64,000 nucleotides of DNA from IMG/VR virus record IMGVR_UViG_3300037067_015585, positions 32,001-96,000 of that record; one strand, written 5' to 3'. Below the pieces are notes generated by a model. That model was not told the DNA's origin. It saw nothing but the letters and a program-made list of their open reading frames with translations, and ran no database searches. Shown here one piece after another: positions 57,329-64,000 of this stretch. Position 1 is the first letter of the stretch; every line of letters begins with the position of its first letter. A program made the position numbers and the translations under genes. This DNA is from a virus (taxonomy: Duplodnaviria > Caudoviricetes).

Positions 57329-57434
57329 GTTTGAAAACTCCTAGAATTTGGTTTTGTATTTTATTTTTGTTCTCTGCCCACATATTAGTTTTGCGTGAAA
57401 TAGATAAATTCTAATTCGTCCATATTAATCAAGG

Positions 57435-57794
57435 TTGTATATGTCATATTGTCTATTTTGTGTGCAAAATCACATGACAGCAAAAGAGATAAAAGAGGAA
57501 TGTATATCTGGAAAATGGCTACCAATACTAGTTATGAGAACTAATTCGGAAGACAATCCTATCGTCCCAATGTTCGATTCTGTAAGCGTTGTTTCGAAGT
57601 TCATAAAAAGAAATCTACCCCCGAATTGGTTATGTGGTATTGTAGATTTATGCCCACAAGACGCTCAATGGATGGATAGCAAGGGATGGAAGGCTATAAA
57701 ATTCGATTACCCAAGAAAGATGAAAGATATAGTCGATTTCGATGTTGAAATAATTGAATTCGAGCCAGAGCATAATCTGGTGGTGAATATCTAA
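57435..57794 (+). CDS. Hypothetical protein
   Basis: 119-aa ORF; start uncertain. Confidence 0.5.
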   Translation: MYMSYCLFCVQNHMTAKEIKEECISGKWLPILVMRTNSEDNPIVPMFDSVSVVSKFIKRNLPPNWLCGIVDLCPQDAQWMDSKGWKAIKFDYPRKMKDIVDFDVEIIEFEPEHNLVVNI

Positions 57795-58105
57795 TCTACG
57801 TCTATTGCTAAGGTATCAGCAAACTGTTGCTTAAATTTATCTAACATCGTATCTAATTCTTCACGACTATTAAAGCAATACGGTATACAAATCACGAAAA
57901 TTGGTTGTTGATGCCCAACTAAATATACTTTTCTAGAAACGTTGACATAGAAAAACTCTTTGGATTCTATTAAATCAAATCCAATCTCATCGCCATGTGC
58001 TAATCCGAGGACATGCTCGTCCGGAATATCTCGTATCGTAAATCTACAAGCTTTAAGGTCACGATCGTTCTGTTTAACATCAAATTCAATAACTACATTA
58101 GCCAT
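57791..58105 (-). CDS. Hypothetical protein
   Basis: 104-aa ORF overlapping the upstream stop. Confidence 0.55.
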   Translation of the reverse strand: MANVVIEFDVKQNDRDLKACRFTIRDIPDEHVLGLAHGDEIGFDLIESKEFFYVNVSRKVYLVGHQQPIFVICIPYCFNSREELDTMLDKFKQQFADTLAIDVD

Positions 58106-58775
58106 GATTTTCTCTTCTTAGAATTAATTTATTCCAAAGTTCACGTGTCTGACGCGTACATTTACCATGAAATCCAAACGTATCGCGTTCAGTCAATTTT
58201 AATCCTGGTACTGGCATTGAGAAAGAAAAGCGGCTAGCTACTTCAACCGGTGCAAAACGCATACCAGCTTCTACCAATTCATGATAATGTAATGCGCAAG
58301 CAAACAGATCGTCTTTGCGTCTGACTGGCATACCGGCTCGCGAAGCTATACGACTCGTTTCTTCTAATAACCGTTTACTACGCATACAAAAACCACTATT
58401 GCCAACTGGCTGCCCAGGTAATATGCCACGAATATCTGGAGACCACACCGCACCTATATAATCATAATTGCGAAAAGAGTCATCCCAGAATTCAGGGTGT
58501 ATAATGAACCCATCAGTCTGCACTGAAAGTGATAATGGCGTCTGCACATGCTTATGCAACTCAGCTATACAAAATTCATTATAGCCATTTACTGACGATA
58601 TGTGCGGTATCTCTTCGAATTCTATCCAATTAGGAAACGGCTCTGGTTTTATATGACTAATAAGTTTAACCGATTTGAATTGTATACCACGACAACACAA
58701 CTCAAGGATATATATCCCCAAATCTGGATTTTTACCATTAACAGTTAATAATGTAATATCGTTCAATTCTAGCAT
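58098..58775 (-). CDS. Glycosyltransferase-associated protein, DUF5672-like
   Basis: Q.DGFI, YDYIGA.W, VGNSGFCMRSKRLL, FAP...A..FS, FGFHG. Confidence 0.75.
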   Translation of the reverse strand: MLELNDITLLTVNGKNPDLGIYILELCCRGIQFKSVKLISHIKPEPFPNWIEFEEIPHISSVNGYNEFCIAELHKHVQTPLSLSVQTDGFIIHPEFWDDSFRNYDYIGAVWSPDIRGILPGQPVGNSGFCMRSKRLLEETSRIASRAGMPVRRKDDLFACALHYHELVEAGMRFAPVEVASRFSFSMPVPGLKLTERDTFGFHGKCTRQTRELWNKLILRRENHG

Positions 58776-59773
58776 GATTTCGCTCTTTCTAAGATCATTT
58801 TAAGCTGTGCTAATTGCGACCAATGATGCAAGTAATCGTTAGTTGCACGATCAGCTATCAACCGCCACGATTCTCGCTTCGACGGTTGATTTAGATCATT
58901 CCAATTCTCAACAATAACAGCATTGTTACCATCAGTTAGTGGCGGACAGTACGGAGTTTTCTGCGGTTTGGTAATAATAGTACGATTAAATAATACCGCT
59001 TCGATGAAACGATGACTTTTGTCTCCGCCGCCACGTAGATCAACACATGCCCTGTAAGATAATAAATACTTTACATATTCTTCTGCTGATGCGTCTCCTC
59101 TAAAAGTCAAATTAACCCAATCGGGCATGCCAGATGTCTTGTCTCGCTCACCATAACCATTTGGAGAACATCGAGCTGATTTGCGACCCATAAACCCAGC
59201 CAAACCGATTTCATCGTGCTTAAACGCATCTCTTATTGTTTTAACGTCGTCGTCTAAAAAAGCATGATCTAAATGCATTTTAGTAAACAAGTCAAACATT
59301 TTAGGATGAGGGCGATGTGCGACTAATATTGTTTTATGATCGCATTTAAATAATTCAGGCATACAATTAACAGACATACACAGATCGCACCGTGTACTGA
59401 TGTCTCCACCACGACCCGTAGACATCAACATAGACTTTTCTCTGACCCTGTAAATAGAATTGTCCGATACGCTCAAACAGACTTTAAATGCGTTTAAATT
59501 CTCCACTCTTTCCCAACTATCATTGTAAAAGAATGTATTAAGCTTGGCGATATATATCTTGGCACCATCATAGTTATCTGATAGCAAGTGTTTTATTCGA
59601 TGTAATATTGGCAGCTTTTTTGGCCAATCTTTAGGAGCGATAACTTTTACAGGCAAATGCATTCTATCAGCAATTTCAGCTAAATTAGCGAGTTGATATG
59701 CACATACTGATAAGTCTACTCCATTTTCAAATCTAGATATGCCGTTCGGCATCGTGCAATCGACAACTATCAT
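58769..59773 (-). CDS. Putative glycosyltransferase, paralogue A
   Basis: YVKYLLSYRACVDLRGGGDKSHRFIEA, a GT-B/exostosin-like C-terminus. Confidence 0.55.
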   Translation of the reverse strand: MIVVDCTMPNGISRFENGVDLSVCAYQLANLAEIADRMHLPVKVIAPKDWPKKLPILHRIKHLLSDNYDGAKIYIAKLNTFFYNDSWERVENLNAFKVCLSVSDNSIYRVREKSMLMSTGRGGDISTRCDLCMSVNCMPELFKCDHKTILVAHRPHPKMFDLFTKMHLDHAFLDDDVKTIRDAFKHDEIGLAGFMGRKSARCSPNGYGERDKTSGMPDWVNLTFRGDASAEEYVKYLLSYRACVDLRGGGDKSHRFIEAVLFNRTIITKPQKTPYCPPLTDGNNAVIVENWNDLNQPSKRESWRLIADRATNDYLHHWSQLAQLKMILERAKSC

Positions 59774-60729
59774 TTTATGTATTTGGACCTCTGCAAAATC
59801 ATCTTAAATTGTGCAAGCTGCGACCAATAATTCAAATAATCCTTGGTTGCTTGTTCAGCAACTGATTGCCATAATTCCAAATCAACTCTTGTATCGATGT
59901 CGCTCCAATTTTCGACAATAATAGCATTATGCTTATCGACTAATGGCGGATAATATGGTGATCTCTGCCGTTTCCCTATCACAGTACGACCAAATAATAC
60001 TGCTTCAACAAAACGAAGGCTTTTATCACCGTTCCCACACAAATCAACACATGCCCTATAAGAAAGAAGATGTTCTAAATATTTCGATGCAGGTGCATTC
60101 CATCTAAATGTTAAATTCACCCAGTTCGGCATTCCTTCGGTATGTCTGCGTTCTCCATATTTTCCATTACCCATAAAACCAGCTAATCCAATAACATCAT
60201 GCTTAAATGCATTTCTGATCGCCTCTATATCGTCATTAAGATATGCTTCGCTTAATCCCATCCTATCAAATAGATCAAAAACTTGCGTAGATGTTCGATG
60301 TGCGACAGGTATAGTTTTATAACCGTAATCTCTAAGTAATTCTGGCGTACAATTGACTGGCATATATAGATCGCATCGTGTCTGTACAGCTCCACCTTGA
60401 CGACCTTGCCATTTCGTATTCTTTTCTCTAAATAGTCTATCAGATGAGCTTAAACACACCTTATATGCGGGCAGCTTTTCTATATTCTTCCAATTATCAT
60501 CAAAAAAGAATGTATCTGATTTTGCGATATATAAGTCTACATCATCGTAATTATCTGATAATAAATGCTTGACACGCTGCAATATGTGATGTTTCTCAAG
60601 TTGCCCGTTAGCAATAACGACTTTTACAGGCAAATGCATTCGGTCAGCAATTTCAGCTAAATTAGCGAGTTGATATGCACAACGCTCAAGCCTACAATGG
60701 CTCAACATCGAAAAATCGATCGCAATCAT
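59770..60729 (-). CDS. Putative glycosyltransferase, paralogue B
   Basis: Clear full-length paralogue of 58769-59773. Confidence 0.55.
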   Translation of the reverse strand: MIAIDFSMLSHCRLERCAYQLANLAEIADRMHLPVKVVIANGQLEKHHILQRVKHLLSDNYDDVDLYIAKSDTFFFDDNWKNIEKLPAYKVCLSSSDRLFREKNTKWQGRQGGAVQTRCDLYMPVNCTPELLRDYGYKTIPVAHRTSTQVFDLFDRMGLSEAYLNDDIEAIRNAFKHDVIGLAGFMGNGKYGERRHTEGMPNWVNLTFRWNAPASKYLEHLLSYRACVDLCGNGDKSLRFVEAVLFGRTVIGKRQRSPYYPPLVDKHNAIIVENWSDIDTRVDLELWQSVAEQATKDYLNYWSQLAQFKMILQRSKYIK

Positions 60730-61469
60730 GTTGTTTCTATATATTTTGTTATGTAGTTATTCATTCGCATCAATTTTCCTGGCGTTCTACCAATATCACC
60801 AGCAAAATGCAATAGAACGCCATCAAACGATCTTCCAATCTTCGAAAGAAACCATCCATTATGCGCGACCATTTTGGTTAATGACGTATTGCAAAGATGT
60901 TGATTTTTCCAAAGATACACATTTACATATGGCTGCTCAAGACATCTACCACCTTTACCTGGGTTCTCAAGAAAATAGGTGTAAATCTCTTTTAACACTG
61001 GTAGCATAGAAGATTTAAAAGCAAAGAAACCTGCACTCAGACCTCTATTTCTACCTTTTTCCATTAACGATCTTTCTTCATCACTTAGTAGTCTGCATGA
61101 ATGGCTTGGACCAGACATATAGCCACGTTCTTCGGTTATATAGATTTTGTCATCTACGAGCTTTTCAAATATGATGTCTGGTGATTTCAGCCAAAGAATA
61201 TCCAAATCACAATATATGATTTTATCATATTTTGATATATCAGCATATTCAAAAATTCTCAATTTCGAAGCAGATGAGTGTAGTAAATCAGATTTAGCTG
61301 TGTCTAAGAAGTGAACATTTTTAAGCCCCATGGCCGTTATTTCTTTCCGCATATTGGTGATAAATAATAAATCACCATCATATCCAACTCTAGTTAAGCT
61401 ATCTGTACATAGCTTAACTAATCCCATATAAGCAGGATTGTTACTCAAAGTGAAATAAATCAAATTCAT
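60726..61469 (-). CDS. GT-A glycosyltransferase, GT8-like
   Basis: YDKIIYCDLD (DxD), SAGFF, EQPYVN, HFAG. Confidence 0.8.
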   Translation of the reverse strand: MNLIYFTLSNNPAYMGLVKLCTDSLTRVGYDGDLLFITNMRKEITAMGLKNVHFLDTAKSDLLHSSASKLRIFEYADISKYDKIIYCDLDILWLKSPDIIFEKLVDDKIYITEERGYMSGPSHSCRLLSDEERSLMEKGRNRGLSAGFFAFKSSMLPVLKEIYTYFLENPGKGGRCLEQPYVNVYLWKNQHLCNTSLTKMVAHNGWFLSKIGRSFDGVLLHFAGDIGRTPGKLMRMNNYITKYIETT

Positions 61470-62437
61470 GATGCTTTGCCTATCGTTTCCAGCAATAAAG
61501 TTGCCGTGTCATTAAAACCCAATACAGCCATCAATGTCGCCATCCTATGATGGTATGTGTGTGCTAATAACACATCTTGACGTTGCATGCGTGCAATCTC
61601 TTTTAAATCACTATCACTAAGTCTTAACAAATCTTTTATTTTGGCATGATATCCACTTGGAGTTTCTGCCCATATAGCGCTTTTCGGTAAGTATCTAGAT
61701 ATATTAAATGCAGGATCATGTACTGCAACAGCACCACTTAAAATTGCTTTGAATACTCGCTCTGGCAAATCGATGCCATATCTTATTGTGTGTGGCTCAC
61801 TAATGCATGGCGCAACTTTACAATTTGCTAGTAATATTGGGACATCATTGTCCTCTATTGGACCGGCACATAGATTTTCCGGCCAAGTCCCCCATCCATA
61901 TACTTTTCTAATTATAGCCTTATCACGTAAAACTGGCAATAAATAAGCATCGATGCTCTTTGCCTTATATGGCCATCTGCCACCAACATAACCTACATCA
62001 AACTTGTCGTGTGTTCCATTTGACATTTTAAATATTGTGGCATCACCTGCTGTAGCCATCGGAACCCACGGTATGCCGATTTTATCCCATAAAGACCAAT
62101 ATTGCCGATCAGTTTCATGCCCATATCCAAACACAACATCGGGATGCATTGATATAGCCCAATCAATAGCACCTTGTGATTCGTTGATATTTGGCTCAAT
62201 TTTCTGCTTGCAATAAGGATTGGCATGCAAAGCAATTTTACATTTGTGGTCTGCTGGTATATCTTGCCTGTGGCCAGTACAGCCAATATACAAATCGGGT
62301 GAAAATAGATCCCACGAGCTTCTTCTACCATCCCATCGATCAGTAATACAACCGATATCACGCAAAGCATTAATCATGCCATCTGTAATAAAACTCCAAG
62401 CTCCACCAACTCTATGGCAAAATAAAACTCGCATCAT
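61466..62437 (-). CDS. GT-B glycosyltransferase, CgeB-like
   Basis: DVGYVGG, ERVFK, HTYHHR. Confidence 0.75.
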   Translation of the reverse strand: MMRVLFCHRVGGAWSFITDGMINALRDIGCITDRWDGRRSSWDLFSPDLYIGCTGHRQDIPADHKCKIALHANPYCKQKIEPNINESQGAIDWAISMHPDVVFGYGHETDRQYWSLWDKIGIPWVPMATAGDATIFKMSNGTHDKFDVGYVGGRWPYKAKSIDAYLLPVLRDKAIIRKVYGWGTWPENLCAGPIEDNDVPILLANCKVAPCISEPHTIRYGIDLPERVFKAILSGAVAVHDPAFNISRYLPKSAIWAETPSGYHAKIKDLLRLSDSDLKEIARMQRQDVLLAHTYHHRMATLMAVLGFNDTATLLLETIGKAS

Positions 62438-63990
62438 TCACCTATTAGATGGCCTCTTCCACTATTGATTAATGCTTTACGCTGTCTATCTATTCTATCT
62501 TGAATCGATAACGCAGACAATTGCGTGCCAAGATCTTTATTTCTTTGGTGAAACGCAATCCATCCATCAGTCCTATCATGATGTAAATGTAACAAATTGT
62601 AATAACGATTTTCATGCCAGATTGTTGTTTTTGATAATCTAGCATAAAAATCGTTATCTTCTACACCATAACCAACATACTCTTCAACAAAACCACCGAT
62701 TTTCCAATAAACTTCACGGCTACATGCGATTGTTCCGCCCTCAAAATAGTCAACCATATAATCATATCTTGGCTGATTGACGCTACCCGATGTGTTTATT
62801 ATATTCGTATCAGCAGTATTGATATAATAAATATTCTTACAAAGATGACATGATTCTACTTCGGACAGTTCTGTAGCAACAGACTTAAAATAGCTTCTTG
62901 GCACTAATGTATCAGCATCATGTAGTACAAGCATTTCATGTTCGCAAATTGCAACGCCTGCATTCCACGCTCTACTCTTATTAAAAGCTGCACCCGATCT
63001 ACCAGCAGTAAAAATGTGCTTAGCTGGTAAACATTCTAAATCATCAATTTTTGATGTGACGTCTTCTTCTGTCATTATAATCTCAATATCAGGAAAACAT
63101 TGAGATCTTATATTGTTGAGTACGGTGAATATGCAATCTTTCCTTCCAATATCTCTAAATGGAATAACGCACGAAATGCACGGAACAACAGATGCTCCGC
63201 TTACATTGATATATGTCGGTCTTGTTTCCATCGCACTCAATATTGATTTAGCATATTTCAGCTTCTCAACACGACTTTTAACAGCAGATGGCTCTGAGTG
63301 AACTAGAAAATATGCTTCAGATCCATCAACATCATAAAAACCAGGTTGCTGTAGTTGGCTATTTGACAATCTTGTAGACCAATCAACATGCTCAACACCA
63401 TATTGGCCAAATTGCTCGTCAAAATATCCAACTCTAGAGAATGCAATATGATCGAACGCCATAACAGCGCCCTGTGGCTTATCATCAACCATACTTAAGA
63501 TGACATCGCCAGCAGCAACATTTCTACCTTTCGTTGCACCATATACGCCAGGCTGCCTATAACAAAAATGATGAAAATTGGATCGTCGCATTGCTATAAA
63601 ATAGTGATTTTCCCATCCAATATTTAATATCTCAACATCATCATTCAACAAGATTTTCTTAGGGAATCTTGATAGACAGCGCAATAAACGATTACTATTG
63701 CCCGCAATACCTAATTGTTCTTTGTTTTTAAGAACTACAATGTCGCCACGTAACTCGAGCTCAGATAAATATGATAATTGTTCAGGATCAGTACTACCAT
63801 CATCGCTTATGAATATTGTAGTGTGCGACGTATCAGTATGTTTAATAATAGAATCTACCAATCGCCGTAATGATGATGGTCGATTATATGTTAATATTCC
63901 AACACCAACACCGTTGCTTATGGCATAGATATCACTAGTAAATGCTTTTGAAGCGGAGCGATCAATATCGCTCCTCATACGACCGACCAT
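62434..63990 (-). CDS. Two-domain GT2-like glycosyltransferase; may extend past the window end
   Basis: TYNR, DDGS, LNDD, GYFDE..G.YGVE; second domain IPFRD, FNKSRAWN, HDAD, GYGVEDND. Confidence 0.85.
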   Translation of the reverse strand: MVGRMRSDIDRSASKAFTSDIYAISNGVGVGILTYNRPSSLRRLVDSIIKHTDTSHTTIFISDDGSTDPEQLSYLSELELRGDIVVLKNKEQLGIAGNSNRLLRCLSRFPKKILLNDDVEILNIGWENHYFIAMRRSNFHHFCYRQPGVYGATKGRNVAAGDVILSMVDDKPQGAVMAFDHIAFSRVGYFDEQFGQYGVEHVDWSTRLSNSQLQQPGFYDVDGSEAYFLVHSEPSAVKSRVEKLKYAKSILSAMETRPTYINVSGASVVPCISCVIPFRDIGRKDCIFTVLNNIRSQCFPDIEIIMTEEDVTSKIDDLECLPAKHIFTAGRSGAAFNKSRAWNAGVAICEHEMLVLHDADTLVPRSYFKSVATELSEVESCHLCKNIYYINTADTNIINTSGSVNQPRYDYMVDYFEGGTIACSREVYWKIGGFVEEYVGYGVEDNDFYARLSKTTIWHENRYYNLLHLHHDRTDGWIAFHQRNKDLGTQLSALSIQDRIDRQRKALINSGRGHLIGE

Positions 63991-64000
63991 CTGCTGTGGT

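Noticed and set aside
56537-57334. 265-aa plus-strand ORF
   Set aside because: It spans two minus-strand genes that have good RBSs and a terminator between them.
1-64000. Stop-codon reassignment
   Set aside because: Core genes are full length and densely packed in the standard code, and TAA, TAG and TGA are all used as stops.

Overview
A 64-kb segment of a large T4-like (myovirus, probably jumbo) phage genome, almost entirely on the minus strand. It holds the virion morphogenesis region: major capsid protein, scaffold, portal, terminase, neck, tail terminator, sheath, three tube paralogues, tape measure and baseplate. It also carries a late sigma factor, UvsW helicase, primase, class II ribonucleotide reductase, GDP-fucose synthesis genes (gmd, fcl) and a glycosyltransferase cluster. 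A planctomycete-type dockerin in a fibre protein suggests a Planctomycetota host (inference). The strongest unusual signal is a 'Russian-doll' fibre protein: a two-part A+B module occurs once in one gene and as AAAA-BBBB in its neighbour, which implies four domains nested inside one another within a discoidin loop. Other notable signals: three tube genes with ATG, TTG and ATA starts; a nuclease gene broken by a ~160-bp inversion; a sigma factor with a Zn-ribbon insert plus a recurring CAAANNTA upstream motif; RBS-occluding hairpins; and a candidate +1 frameshift. All protein calls come from motif recognition by eye; no database searches were run. I saw no tRNA, rRNA or CRISPR array.
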